DNA of 63,348 nt, counting the filler, from Pelomyxa schiedti (lineage: Eukaryota; Protista; Evosea): NCBI GenBank assembly GCA_020536535.1. It is 15 parts of 15 records of this genome, joined end to end, with 100 filler letters (N's around TTAATTAATTAA, not from the genome) between each part and the next. Parts side by side here need not be neighbours in the genome. Positions count along the whole stretch, not along the records: positions 1 to 1,806 come from JAHLWZ010002263.1; positions 1,907 to 6,519 come from JAHLWZ010001575.1; positions 6,620 to 8,746 come from JAHLWZ010002117.1; positions 8,847 to 16,710 come from JAHLWZ010001338.1; 11 more parts are not named here. The stretch is one strand, 5' to 3'. Both the position numbers and the translations under genes were made by a program. A model generated the notes under the pieces. The model worked only from the letters and a program-made list of their open reading frames with translations, was not told where the DNA came from and ran no database searches. Below are positions 1 through 12,937 of this stretch, piece after piece (positions within the stretch are counted from its first letter, which is position 1; the number at the start of each line of letters is the position of its first letter).

Positions 1-519
1 CTTGTGTTTGTATTCGGGCTTCTTTCTCCCTTACTACACAAGTAAAACAACAACCATCAACACCCCAGCACACCTCACAGTGTGGTGGTCACTATCCAAA
101 CCCAATCTACCTCGGCACACTAGCAGAAGATTCAAAAAAATTTGCTGGCCTTCCGTTGCGGGTTCAAATCGGTGTAGTCAAAAAATGCGCGGTCAGTGGT
201 GCGTAGCCGATGACGCGGATTGGATCGCGGCGGTAGTCCGGTGAAGTAGAAATGGTCGGGATCATGATGCCGTAGTTTGTGAGCATGTATGAACTCGGCC
301 GGGTTCGTGGCCGATCGCTCTTGGTGAGAAAAGTAAAGTAGGAGCAGTAAGAGCTCGGCGAGGCTGCGTTTTTGTTGCTGCATGTGCGTTGATCCCACCA
401 GTGAAGCGGCGATCCAGTGGTGCATTTTTTTTTCCCCAAAGTCTTTTCCGTGAGTTTTAATTTGACTCAAGTATCCCTGGCCTTCATGTATAGCCACAGA
501 GAAGAGTCTTGATTCCATT

Positions 520-1340
520 TACTGGGTTGCTTCCTTGCCTTTCTCATTGTGGTTTGTACTCATAATTTTTCCTGTTCCAACTCTGAATTCAGAGATATTT
601 GCAAGGCTTCGTAGTAACAATTTATCAATGCTTGCAATGCCATTGGTTCTCATCCCACCTCTGTCTTGGTATCCGTGGCAATGTCAGTGACACATTTCCC
701 TCCAACACCGCTAACACCACACAAAGGTTCCCTCATATCTGTCCTGGCTCTGCAGGACCATTAGTGTTGAATGCTGTTGCAAAAACTGTGTCCAGTGTGA
801 ATAGAATACTGCATCCTTCATGCTGCTTTGTGTATCTCCAGGTGTGTCTGCCACTTCTCCTAAGTCTCTTAGATTCCTTCTAGCGCAGTAGTTGTGGCAT
901 CCATATACAGGATTCTGTTTGAATTGTAGGAAATTTGCGTTTTCTGCTTGCACTCCTAGGTGTGTGTATTGCCAATGATTGCCAACCATTGTAAAGTACT
1001 CCTTCTTGCTAATAATTGCTGTTGATGGTACCTTTCATGCCAAATTCGTTTTCAGTGCTCCAGTAGTCCAATATCCATACAGTTGACAACTGCCTGCTCA
1101 CTTCCGATCCCTCCAATTGAAGGTATTTCCATGTTTTGCTGACTCTCAACACAAATTAGAATTGTACAAAGCAGTTCCTGGATTGGTTTGCAGTTGTGGC
1201 TACCAGATTAGGGCTCTCCCTATTGTGAGGAGTCATCATTACCATTGTTGCGACGCCCCTATCTGTAAATCCCAAATTTCGAGATGTATTTGCTGCATGT
1301 TCCAAATAATTCAGGTTTGTTTCTCACAATATTGAAATTC
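520..1340 (-). mobile_element. Possible highly decayed LTR-retrotransposon pol remnant
   Basis: Minus strand ~1080-1040 reads VWILD-(1-nt frameshift)-TGALKT, like a retropepsin DTGA motif. ~815-760 reads GCSILFTLD..ATAFNTNG, loosely like RT 'FSKLD...KTAF.T..G'. Many stops and frameshifts; no YxDD found. Confidence 0.3.
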
Positions 1341-1806
1341 TGATTCTGGTTTAGGCTTGTAAGAGAGTCCTTTGAGGATCGTTGTCTGCATTGCAGCTTT
1401 GGATAGTACCACTCAGTGTTAGGCTCCAAGCTTGACGAACTCCCTGAATGAATATCTATGATGTACTGTACCTTACGGATTACACTATCACCACTATGAC
1501 TGCAGCTTTGACTTCTTACAGTAAGTATGCTGAATTGATTTATTATTAATCAATTAATAATTTCTACGCTGATTACAGGTGTTGAGAGCAAGGCTTCCAC
1601 TTCTGCAATTCTACTTGCGTGCTGCTAATTCTGCCTTAATTAATTGAACAGTGTCTGCGTTGCAGCATTACTGTTGAGCTGTGCATTTGCTTTTCCCTTT
1701 TGAAAAGGAGTGTATATTAGTCTCACTTGCACATCGCAAAGTCTTGAGCTTTGTTCCAGTGATCACTGTGATACCTTGTCCCACTATTCTTGCTTATGGC
1801 GGTCCT

Positions 1807-1906
1807 NNNNNNNNNNNNNNNNNNNNNNNNNNNNNNNNNNNNNNNNNNNNTTAATTAATTAANNNNNNNNNNNNNNNNNNNNNNNNNNNNNNNNNNNNNN
1901 NNNNNN
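1807..1906. other. Artificial scaffold spacer N44-TTAATTAATTAA-N44 (stops in all six frames); first of 14
   Basis: Identical 100-nt spacer at 1807-1906, 6520-6619, 8747-8846, 16711-16810, 25548-25647, 28479-28578, 32296-32395, 34208-34307, 47728-47827, 49604-49703, 52099-52198, 53366-53465, 55224-55323 and 62173-62272. Confidence 0.97.
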
Positions 1907-2388
1907 GTTCTTCAACCCTAAAAAGAGTAAAAATTCGGAAGTCACGGTAATGTCACAAACGTATTCGCTTTGGGAAACAGCAGTATCCTCCCACAGAGCA
2001 ATATTTTGTCTTGCAAACTAAGATTTCTTATGTCTGACCTGGCCCGGGCTTTCTTTTGTACGTTCTTTTTTAGGTTCTCTCGAACTTATGTGCAACATAA
2101 GTTAAACATACAAAAAGGGGGAATAAAAATTTCTATTGCAAATCCAACCACCTGCATTTTGAGGCCGTTGGCGCAACATTTAACTAACAACTGACTGAAT
2201 TGATCGGAACAAACTACCGTCGCGGGCACAACCCGCAATTACCACGCGCCACCACCGCGTCCTCCCCTCTTTTTTGTTCCTTGCACGCCACCGGTGGGAA
2301 TTGGCTGAATAAAATAATCAACAGACAGGAACGCTGTACTTTTCGTTATCGTATGGTGTTTTTTTTATTAATAATTGTTAAAGCACTC

Positions 2389-4020
2389 TTAAAGCAGCGT
2401 TCGGGAATTGTAAAGGAACTCCTTGGTCCAGCAGAATTCCAGCATTGCTTGTTGGAATCCTGGAATATCTGACAGTGCCTCAGCAGTGAACATCAGGGTG
2501 CACAGTATCTCTGACGGCACTGGTGGACAGCCACTGTTTTTATGGTGAACCGCTTTTTTCAGTATGTTGGCAAGGCCACGCTGGGCTCCAGATAACACAC
2601 GTAGTGTTACTATGGCTGATGTGTGCACACTCACCAGCAGTGATGTGGTTCGTGTGTCACTGGAGAACAGTTCTATTGGTTGTTCCATTGAACCTTGGGA
2701 GCAGAGCATGGACGTGAATTGTTGTGGTAGGAACATCAATGCACCACAAAGGTACATGGCTTGCTTTGAGGTTGGCCTTACAAAGTAATCACGCTCAAGG
2801 AGCCATTGAATAAGAACCTGGGGAGGGTCCTGTGAACGATGATGACTTTCTGTGTAGATGTGGTGACCACGTTGGGCCTCAAGGAGAACACGACCAACAG
2901 CCCATACATCAGCCTTGCCAGTACGATACTGCTCTGGGAGAAAGAACTCTGGAGGGAAATTCAGAGAGTGGATGGGGAGTTGATGGTGGATATATTGGAT
3001 TTCATGAGGTTGGTAGCAGACAGCCCAGGTGTTTCCAATTATGTTGGGCCGCTTGATACGATAAATGTTACTGGTGGTGATGTCCAGGCAGAATGAGCCG
3101 GAAGAGTTCTTCTGGTCACATAACAAGAGTAGGTAGAATGCAAGTTCAAGGAGGCTATTGTCAGCTGGGAGTGATGTCACTGTGAGAATTTGCTGCTGTG
3201 ACTGTTGCTTGAACCTGAAAGAGTGTTAAATAAAGATAGGGAAGACATAGCTGACCTCTCTTCTGCCTTTTTGACAGACAGTAATGCCTTTTTGATTGTT
3301 AAGTGTTGATCAACACCTCCAATTTCGTTGTGCACATGTCGTGTGATGTTGTTTACACCTGTGAAAGGTGATGTGGGTGCTTTCACATTTTTTGCTTGCT
3401 TTGCTCGAACGGCCCTCTTCCGAGGTCTTACAAATTGTTGGACGTCGTCAATCCACAACGGTTTGGTGGCTGTTGTTGTTGCAATAGCCGGGCGACGAAA
3501 ATGCCTTGCACGAAATTGAAAGGAGGGAGCCCATTCCTCAGTTTCCTCGTTGTTTAGGTCGGCCTTCATCGCCGCCTTGATAAAAGGAGTAAAATATCAA
3601 GTACTACATAACAACCAAACCTCAGTCTGCCACAAGTCCGGCGGTTGTCCTGTAGTAGTCTCGCGTTTCTAAGAGGGTTCAGTCTAAGGAAATGCTATGG
3701 CGCCACACTTTACCGCAAGTGCATATTCCTGTGCGAAGTGCTCATGGTTCTCCCACTCCTCCTCCCAGTCATCTAAAAACCAGTCAGAGGTGAATACACA
3801 AATCCCAACAAAAAAGAAGAACCAGTCGCGAGAGAAAAAAAAAGCAAGAAGGTAGCCGCACTCAATACATCACACCGCCCAGCAGCAGCCGCCACCACAT
3901 CATCCGCAACTCCTTGGCGTCCCGTAGTACTACACGCGGGAAGTATCTGCACGTGGGCTCAAAAATTACTCGCTGCTACCAGGCACAATCACCAACCAAC
4001 TACTATATTCCCACGCACAT
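2389..4020 (-). CDS. Multi-exon protein with a degenerate protein-kinase C-lobe (probable pseudokinase)
   Basis: A 41-nt GT-AG intron at 3215-3255 joins ORFs 3177-3569 and 2389-3180 in frame (AEER|FKQQ). Motifs CLDITTSNIY (for HRDxKxxN), NFPPEF (APE), KADVWAVGRVLLE (subdomain IX) and LLERDYFVRPT (XI). No GxGxxG or DFG seen. 5' exons and start are approximate. Confidence 0.6.
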
Positions 4021-4225
4021 CGTCAGTGTTCAACAAATGAAACGAACTGTCGCTTCGTTCGACCATGTGTGATCGCCAAAAAAAACAGGTTGGATGAAAA
4101 AAGCAGCCGTCCATGCCCGCTTGGGATAGATCTACCCGCCCCCCAAAGATCCTAATTCCTAATCTTTTGTGTGGGCCAGAGTTTGCCCATGAAGGATTAT
4201 GGGAAAGCAGTTTTTTTTATTTTTT

Positions 4226-6246
4226 TTACCTTTTGCGGCACAGGGCACAGGTGCATGTCCTCTTACATATTGGGCAACCTTCCCTGAAGTCCTCAGACCT
4301 ATGGTGCCGCATGATACAGGACAGGCAGAACCTACACCGGTGGTTTGTTTGGATCAGTTTGCGGTGTATTAACTTGGAAAAGTAATAACCTGTGGATTGG
4401 CAGAATCGGGCAAGTGTAACACCTTTGCTTCCTCATCTTGCAGCGGTGGCAGCTCATGTTCTCCACCGTATCCAGTTGATTCAGCATCTCCTCCTCACTC
4501 TCAGATAGGTTCTGTACGGCATCACCAGCCGGCCGCCTCTTCTTGCCTGGTTCTGACCTTCCCCTTGCTGCTGCTGGTGCTGAGGGTCTCCGCTTCCTGC
4601 CTGCTCCTCCTCGGCTTGTGGAATTCCTTGGGGATGTAACGCGTTCATCTTGATCGCTTCCGGAGGAGTAGGATTCACTATTTTCACTGGATTCGGAAGC
4701 ACTCCTACGGCTTCTGGGCACTGATGCCGGGGCACGTTGGCGTTGGTGTTGCTGGTGTTTCTGTGGAGGTGCTTGGTGGGATTGGAGTTGCCGCTGTTGT
4801 TGCTGCCTTCTGTGCTCTTCTTCTATTTCTTGGAGCTTCTTCCAACTGAACCGGGTCTGGTTTTCATTGGTATCAGGGCGGTTATTGACAAGGTATCTTG
4901 TAAGCCCTGAATTTTTGTTTAATTGTTGTTATTACTTCATTCAAGAGGGAAGACAAAATGGGCACCTGTTTGAGGATCAACCGAAGGGGAAAATTGGCTC
5001 TCTGATACACATAGAGCGTCAACGACATCCTGTATGAGTTCTGGTGTGCCTTGAGAGTGATCCATTCCCTCTGTAGTAGGGAATGTCCAGGCACTCGTGG
5101 GAATGGAAACCACCTCGGATTTGTCTAGCTGCATTGTGTTGAACTCTTCCTCCGTTATCACCACGAACTTCATGTCAGGTGGAAGCTCACTGAGATTTGT
5201 GTTTAGGATTTTGTTGGCAGACAAAGAGCTAGCTGCAGCAGTGGAAGGCTGAAGTAGCGAGGGAGGCGATGTAGAGATGTAGGATATGCGAGGGAGCATT
5301 GACTGAACACCGGACTTAGGCCGGCCTCTGCCCTTTTGAATTGGCTGCTTCTCTTCTTGTTCCTTGGCTTTTATGAGCCGGGTTTGCACTGCCGCCACTA
5401 TATCTCGCACTCTGACAGATTGTAGAACTGGAATCCCGTAAGTTCAAAGAAAAAAAAGAGTAACAAACCCGAATTGGAGTTAGGTTGCTGGTTTTCTTCT
5501 TCAGTTGCACCCATTCCCTGGGAAAGAGCTCCCGAAGTAATAACATAGTCCACAGCGCCCAAAGTTTCAGAGAAAGTAACACTGAACTTTGCCTGCGATC
5601 CAACCTTCTCGACGTCACCCTGCTCCCCGCTGACACCACCACCAGGAATCCCACCTTGTTCCTGTGCAAGGGGCGATGATGCCGATGCCGAGGCACCACC
5701 ACCTGCCATGGATTCCGCCTCAGGCAGCGGTTGTTGATTCTGCTGCTGCTGTTGCTCTTGCTGATTCAGAATCAGATGATCGGACTCGTGGTGGCTCCCA
5801 GTCTCCGTTGGTTGCTCATTCCCTTCCCCGCTCGTCGTTGTTGTGCTCGCGGTAGGGTCGTGGGATTCCATGAGCTCCGCGGGGCCCTCGGGAGCCGCCG
5901 CCGTGTTCTGGTCGCGGTCGTCTGCGGCGGCCTTGGTGCCCTCCCGCGGCTGCTGCTCCGGCCCGCCCTCGCGTGTCTCGGTGGCCGCGGCGTCTACGAC
6001 CGCCGGCTCCTCGGTCCCTCCGCGGTTCGCGTGCGCGTTCCCGTCAGTTTCGGCTCGGGTGGGAGCCTCCTCGGGCGGCTCCGCAGGGGGAGCGGGGGCC
6101 TCGGCCGCGGCGTGGCCCTGCGGGGCGGTGGGTTCGCGGACATCGCCGGCGGGGGTGTTGCTGGGGTGCCCGGCCGCTGCGTCGTCGGGCGCCGGGGCCC
6201 CCTCCGCGTTGGACGTGGTGGGTTGGTTGGTCTGCGATGCGGACAT
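4226..6246 (-). CDS. Low-complexity nuclear protein with an AT-hook and a C-terminal zf-4CXXC_R1-like zinc finger
   Basis: AT-hook KGRGRPK at ~5315-5335. Spliced C-terminus SCHRCKMRKQRCYTCPILPIHR|FCLSCIMRHHRSEDFREGCPICKRTCTCALCRKR* matches the CHxC...FCxxC...CPxCxxxCxCxxCR pattern of the CDCA7/JMJ-type 4CXXC finger. Confidence 0.75.
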
Positions 6247-6619
6247 TCAGATGGATGTTGGTGGCGTGGAACTGGGTGCGGTGCGTGTTCCTGTCGGGCG
6301 TCCGGAAATTCCTTTTTTGTTTCTTTTTAAAAAAAACGAAACCCGGGTTACTTTTAGCGAGATATTTTTCTCTTTGGGTAGCGGGGGCAGAAAGTGAAGG
6401 TGATTGATGAAGAGGGTGGGAGATTGGGGTTGTGGGTTATGAGGAATACTTCTTCTTGAGCTGAGTGAGGGCCTCGGCAAAGTTGGCGTCAATTACTGCA
6501 CGCTGGGATGCCAGCTCCGNNNNNNNNNNNNNNNNNNNNNNNNNNNNNNNNNNNNNNNNNNNNTTAATTAATTAANNNNNNNNNNNNNNNNNNNNNNNNN
6601 NNNNNNNNNNNNNNNNNNN

Positions 6620-7171
6620 GAGATTCACTAGCTTTTTATGGCTTAGAGGTATAAATTTATTAGCAGTTAAATATGACTTATAAGACTTGTAGCCTACTTT
6701 AGACATAGCATTTGGTAGACTTGTTAAATGGCAAGCACAAACTGAAAGGTCCTCAAGCTTGCCTAATTTACCCTATTTTTTGTTCAATTTTCTGTTGGTA
6801 AATAGGAAGACCATAGCATCACACACAATGCACTCTGGTAAGCTCTCCAACGGATTAGCATCCAATAGCAATTTCTTACACCTAGTGTTCGATACCAAAA
6901 AAAAACAAAAAAAACCTTAAAAACCCTGACCCCCGAAACACTTATGCACAACTAAAAGCACAACGAAAGGAGAGGGAAAAAGGGTAAAAAGGGTAAAAAA
7001 AAAAACAAAAAAAAAAACCCAGCGACAATGTAACCTTGGGTTGTCGTCCACCAAATCAGGAGGGAAGGAGGACAAGTGCTTGAATGACATGTCGACCTCC
7101 TCTTCGCCCTCTGATGCACCCCCCTCCCCTTCGTCATCTGACGCCACGTCTTGGCTCCTCGTGTTTCCCAT
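6620..7171 (-). CDS. Leucine-rich repeat protein with a possible N-myristoylation site; 3' truncated by scaffold end
   Basis: Spliced translation MGNTRSQ...EVDMSFKHLSSFPPDL...|CKKLLLDANPLESLPECI|GKLGKLEDLSVCACHLTSLPNAMSK shows LxxLxLxxNxLxxLP repeats and an MG start. Confidence 0.75.
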
Positions 7172-8846
7172 TATTGCTCAGAACGGACGTCGCCGTAACA
7201 ACCACGTCGTAGTGACTTCGGATCGGGAATCCAACCGTCTCGTTTGGTTGTTGTAGCGAGTTTGATTCGGTCAATCAAGGGTAATTTCGTGGATGCAAGG
7301 AGCTTCATTGTGTCATGGGAAAGGAAACGAGAAGAAGGTGGGAGGTTTGTTGTAGAGGTAAATATTCTTAAACCAAACCAAAGTCACAGATAGGTCTGTT
7401 GGGGGATTCACCTGCTTTGCTGGGCATAACCTGGCGTTTGACGATTTGGCTACAAATCCCTTCTTAATGGTGGCAACACCTCGCTTGAGCATGATCCACA
7501 TACAACAAATGACAGCCTAATTTCCTTCTGGTTGTGTCCAGCTTATTGATGGCCCAACATGGACATACTCCCCTATTCCCGAGTTGCTTCGATTTTTCCA
7601 GAGTGAAGGCATGTTCCAATGTATTTTCTGATAAGGCTTCATCTGGAACCTTACACGGGTGAGCAGAGAACAGACATACCCAGCTCAGCAAAATAGACTG
7701 TTAAGTATGGTCTGGGTGCGGTGCATTCTATATAGCACTAATTCCAATTGAACGGCTGCAAGGAAACATTTGGCGGCCTTCTTTGTGCTTGTCTTGCACA
7801 CTTGTGGTGGACTCCGAGTCTATGAAAGAAGTTTATCTTGAACTCAGGATTGTTTGACTATTTTATGGGATGGGCACACAGCCGTTAGTATTTCAATAAC
7901 TATTCTATGTACGTACTCGTAAACCTCTCTCACATTAAAAGGATTCAACAACAGAATAAGGGCACTGTGCAAAAATGTTGTTTGCCATAATGAATAAAAT
8001 TGCTGTTTGTGGCGCATGAAATCTTGAACAATGGAAATCAAAGCCGAAAGATAAAGGAAGGAGTGTGAGATATTGTATGCAATCAATTTCCTGCTTTCCA
8101 GGTTGCTATTTAACGTGACAAAATACGAAGTACGCTTGTTTGATGAATCCACTCATCTCAGAAAGAAATAAATTCGGCTGGTTCCTTCGTGTGTGCCTTC
8201 AAATAACACCGCCACGCTCGTTTTCTATCCAGCACTACGTCGACAGCCCCAGTTATGGGAGGCTAATGGCGGTGGCAGGGGAAAGCCTTTTCAGCTATAC
8301 GGAGAGCAATTCATCGCACGGCCGAACCCGCGGGTCCAACGGCCAGTCACCCAACTTGGTTTCGGATTGGCAAAAAGGAAATGTTTTCGTTTTCCCTGGG
8401 GGAAATGGTGGCTCAAATTACGGTTGGATCTTGTTCATAAAAAACAAAGTAAACGAGGAGAGTGCTAGTAATTGAGTGTGGTAGTAACTACGACACGGTA
8501 AACGAGACACGCGATACTGTTGTTGTGTTGGTAGGGTTTTTCTCCTTTTTCCCCCCTTTTTTATGGTGTCTATTTAACTTGGTGCACGCATGTTTTGCTA
8601 AACAATTCCATTCTCCACGCAGTACTTCTTTTGGTTGTGCAGTGTGCACTTGCTCACAAATGGGTACACTTAGTGGTGGTAGGTACTTTTATTCTACATC
8701 CTGCACCCATTGATATCTTTTCACTATTTATTAACTATGTGCATCTNNNNNNNNNNNNNNNNNNNNNNNNNNNNNNNNNNNNNNNNNNNNTTAATTAATT
8801 AANNNNNNNNNNNNNNNNNNNNNNNNNNNNNNNNNNNNNNNNNNNN

Positions 8847-9752
8847 TTATTGTAATTCTCCACCCTTCATCGTTTGTGTTCTCTGTTTGTGGGCTTGCCT
8901 TGTTTTAGATGAATGGCAGTTACGGGAAAGATGGGAAGTTTTCTCACTGAACAAGATGTGGCATCAGTGCAACTCATACTGCATTCATTACATGAGCACT
9001 CTGGGAGCAATAAATAGCCAAAAAAAAAAAACTGATTTAATGGAGACTAACCAAGTATTCCACTACACGAAGACGAGCTCCGGAAGGGACTCTTTACATG
9101 CCGAAGTAGAGAAGGTCTATTGTGCGCAAGAACCCAACATTCGTCACACAAATGTACATCACACATGGAACAAAAGGCCGTGGCACTTCTAGTGCTGCAG
9201 TCCACACACATGACAACTGATTTTCCAGGAATGAATTATTCCATTGGGTGAGGGGCAAATTAAAAAGAAAGGTACACAAGAGAATACAAGCCACACCTGG
9301 CGAAATTTCCGAGCCACGAGAGTCACCCCCACTGCTAGCAGAAACAGAAACAGCAGAGGTGATTTTTCCATCATAATCGAGAGTGACCTTTGTCAGGTAA
9401 TGGCACGTGGGGCACTCGAGGTCCCAAGGCCGTAGCACAAACATGTGACAGTGATCGCGAGGCTGCGAGATAGTACGAAGGGCATCAACCAGGCCCCGAG
9501 ACGCACACAGAGCCGCGCACGATCCACTGCAGAGGCAGTGCCCGCACTACTCAATTGCGGGAATGAACGACGTTTTGAGTCAAGGTTAAAAAAAAAAGAA
9601 TAAAAATACGAACGAAGCGATGTAAGACACACCTCCAAACAAAGAGGTTTTTGATCACCACCATTGCACACACAACAGGAACTAGGTGAGGAGCTTTCTA
9701 CACCAGGCGCCGTAGAAGAGGCCTCTTCGGTTGAAGGGTGGTTGCAGCTCAT
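8847..9752 (-). CDS. RING finger plus B-box (TRIM-like) protein; 3' truncated
   Basis: RING-like CCVC...LCLE|..CGHCLCSGSC...LECPTC, followed by B-box VMCVDCSTRSATAFCSMCDVHLCDECWVLAHNRPSLLRH. Confidence 0.75.
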
Positions 9753-9836
9753 AGTTCTATCTGGATCAAATATCAACACTTTCTGATACACGTTTCTCTC
9801 AGAGGCGCCGAAAGCTTCCACCGAAAAAAAAATCGG

Positions 9837-12800
9837 ATGTCGATTACCGCCTCCCTTGGTAGTACCGAGAGCTCTTACGGCGATGGCGCCGAAAACAGCG
9901 AGGGAGGGGTCGTGGGTGTGATGGAATGTACAACCACTGCGATGGCCGTGGCGTGTGTCACGGTTTATCTGTCAATTTGGCTTCCTGAGGCTCTCAAATC
10001 TCCTGCCGTTGTTATGTTTGTTCTGGGTGTGTCCTGTTTTCCCCCTTCTTTCTAGAACATTATTCTTCGGTTGCTTTTCTGTGCCAAAGACATCATTGTA
10101 ATACTACAATACTATCTAGCTTTGATTTTGGGGACAATTCCATCTGTTTGGGAGGCAGTCGATGCTCTGGACCCAAATGTGATTTTGTTGGTGTTTCTTC
10201 CTCCAGTGCTTTTCCAAAGTGGGTTGGAGATAGACTTTCACGTGTTCAAAAAAGTGGCATTACAGTCAATACTACTCGCAGGTCCTGGTATGATCCCCAA
10301 TCGATTACAACTTCATTAACGTGAATGTTAAGGAGTACTTGTAAGTGCCACTGTAAGCACAATAGCTGCATATTACTTGTTTGTAGATTATAACTGGAGT
10401 TGGACAGAGTGCTTATTGCTGGTTTGCAACTGCATTATGCAGTAGAACCCTCCAACAAAAACAAACAAACAAATCAAAAAAAAAAAAAGGGTGCAGCACT
10501 ATCAGCAACGGATCCAGTTGCTACAATAGCAACTATAAAAAAGTTAGGGGCATCCCCAAGAATAAGTGTCCTAATTGAAGGTACTTAGTTCCTTTGGGGT
10601 AATTAGACTTCCTTTCACCTTGGCAGGTGAGGCTTTGCTCAACGATGGTTCGGCCTATGTTTTATTTGTTGTAGTCTACAATATTATTGTTACAAACAAA
10701 TTTTCAGCTGCGGTTGTATTCCGTCAATTTTGTCAAGTGAGTGCACATATGATCTCGCAAGTTCACTTATTCTTATTGTAAAATAGCTGACTCTGGGAGG
10801 TCCTCTTTTTGGACTTGCATGTGCATATGTAACTTATCTTTGGCTGCGGTCTATTAGTAGGTTTCCTGTTCTAGAAATATCGATAACCACTTTGGCTATC
10901 TTTGGAGCCATGCTCATTTCAGGTATATCCATTCAGAGGGAGCAAGTTAATTGTTATCAGAACTCGTCAATGTATCTGGAGTACTAGCTATAGTCACCTT
11001 CGGTTTATTCATGGCTTACAAGGGAAAATATGGATACAGTCCTGGAACAAGTGAGGTATTTTTTTAAACAAAAAATTACCTCTTCACACACTACCCACTA
11101 GCCGAATTCTATTTTTTGGAATCAACTGGAATTTGGCATTAATGCCCTTATATTTTTTTTTGCTGGCCTTATTGTAATGGAGGAATTGATGTCTTCATAC
11201 AAACCCGAATTTCTTAATATCTTTACTACTTATGTGGCTCTTCAAGTTTGTTGGGCTCACTCATCTCGTTCCTCTAACTTCCTCAGGTTGGAAGAGGTCT
11301 TGCCTTACTGTTACTCCTTCCTGTTCTTGTCCATACTGGCTACGGCTTTAGTTGGAAAATGTTTCTCCTTGTTTGGAGCGCAGGGTTGCGTGGTGGGGTT
11401 TCCCTGTCCTTAGGTCTGATTGCATCTCGATCACATGATTTGACAGAGCCATTCAAGGGCCAATTTGCAACCCAAGTGAATACATACAACTGGTTCGTCT
11501 GTTAATTTTCTAAGGTTGCAGGAGCGGTTTTGTGCACATCAATTATCAATGGCTTGCTATCCAAAGTTATATACCCTCTACTTCACTTCGAGAGGAAATC
11601 AGAAATCTTACTGGGGCTATTTGAACATGCCGTCTCTTTTGTTGAGCTGTATGCAACTCTAAATGGAGGGAAACTCACGCAAGGCAGGAAAACTGCCGAA
11701 TTTATCGATGAATTGCATAAGGATACTTTTATTTGCAACTGTGATTGGGAGATGATTGGATCTGCATTACCTATTCTCGCTAAGCACACAGAATCAGCTC
11801 AAATATCCTTAAGTACGGCAGGGGGATGGCCCAGGATATGGTTACACCACTTGAGAGATATCACATCCACCCCTTTGCGTGATCCCACTCAGCCCTCCAC
11901 CTCGACGCCTCCGTCTGGTACAACAACTGATTCAGCTCCATCTCCATCCACAGCATTTCAACCGACACAAGAAGAACAGAGTTCTCTTGAAGTGACTACA
12001 CAAGAAGTCAACTCTATCTCACTCCCTTAGTAGGCACTGCACATGTTTATCAATACAGTCAAAGCAAACTATCTGGAACAATTTGAAGGCTCCTCCCACC
12101 TTGACCCATCCAGTGTGGCCTCACTTGTTGCTATAACAGATCAGGCAGCAGAGAAGAGCCTCATGTTCTTTGAGCTTTCACACACAATCTTTGCGCATGA
12201 ACTACTTGCAACAAATAAAGCTTGTTTGTGTAAACCACTTCTATCACTCTAACTCCTCATTAGATTGTCACAGCCTTACTGAAGGTGCCTATACTAAAGT
12301 ACCTTGGGATGTACCTTCTGTACAAACAGATATACCAAGCAATCAGATGCTCTCATAGCCTCTGTGCTTGTTACTCCCAAGCAACAAAAACTGTTTTGGA
12401 AACCACCTCTGTATCTCTATATCCTTCCAGTGGTTGTCTGATTTGTGTCCCAGGTGTCCTTTGCCAAAGATGTTGCCGCTGTGGAGAACAACATAACGAG
12501 CGCACTCTCTGAACTTAGGAAAGCGTGGCCTACGACATATGCCCTGGCACAACACTCTCTTGCACTTAAGATGATCATGTACCACAAGGGAACCCTCATC
12601 AGGCATGTCTACCGTGAGGGATTCATCGATTCCAAGACCAAGGACCACCTATTATCCAAGCTCAGCACAATGATACACTGTAGGGTTTCTATGGACCTCC
12701 TGCCACTCTTAACCTTACTTATTCTGCAGGTTTTGGTGCCCTGAAGATGGTGTGGATGTGTAGAGAATTACTGCTGATTGTCTCCTTGTGCAGCCCAGTT

Positions 12801-12863
12801 GAACCCACCCAAGTAGATATCCCCGATAACCAAGTCCCTTTACTTGAAATAGATGGGGTCTAA
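9837..12863 (+). CDS. CPA1 Na+/H+ exchanger, SOS1/NHX7-like, multi-exon
   Basis: Motifs DPNVILLVFLPPVLFQSG, SILLAGPG, ALSATDPVA, LIEGEALLNDGSA, VSGVLA, FFWNQLE, WSAGLRGGVSL across ~14 short GT-AG introns. Cytosolic tail ends ...PLLEIDGV* at 12863. Confidence 0.92.
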
Positions 12864-12937
12864 CTGCCCATAATTATAAAAGAGAAAAATTGAGGGCTTT
12901 GTAGTGTTTGGTGAGTTTAAGTGTATGAAAACAGACA

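Noticed and set aside
1851-1862. Recurrent TTAATTAATTAA as a biological repeat or target site
   Set aside because: It is always centred in exactly 44+44 Ns, so it is an artificial contig linker.
5731-6407. Several long overlapping plus-strand ORFs (also 30370-31028 and 45346-45746)
   Set aside because: They are shadow ORFs of GC-rich, low-complexity exons on the true coding strand.
7300-8746. Possible divergent hypothetical genes
   Set aside because: I could not build a consistent spliced frame or recognise a motif.
12150-12280. Apparent frameshift in the Na+/H+ exchanger
   Set aside because: Using the downstream acceptor (...ATTGTCACAG) restores the frame (NKA|SLLKVP).
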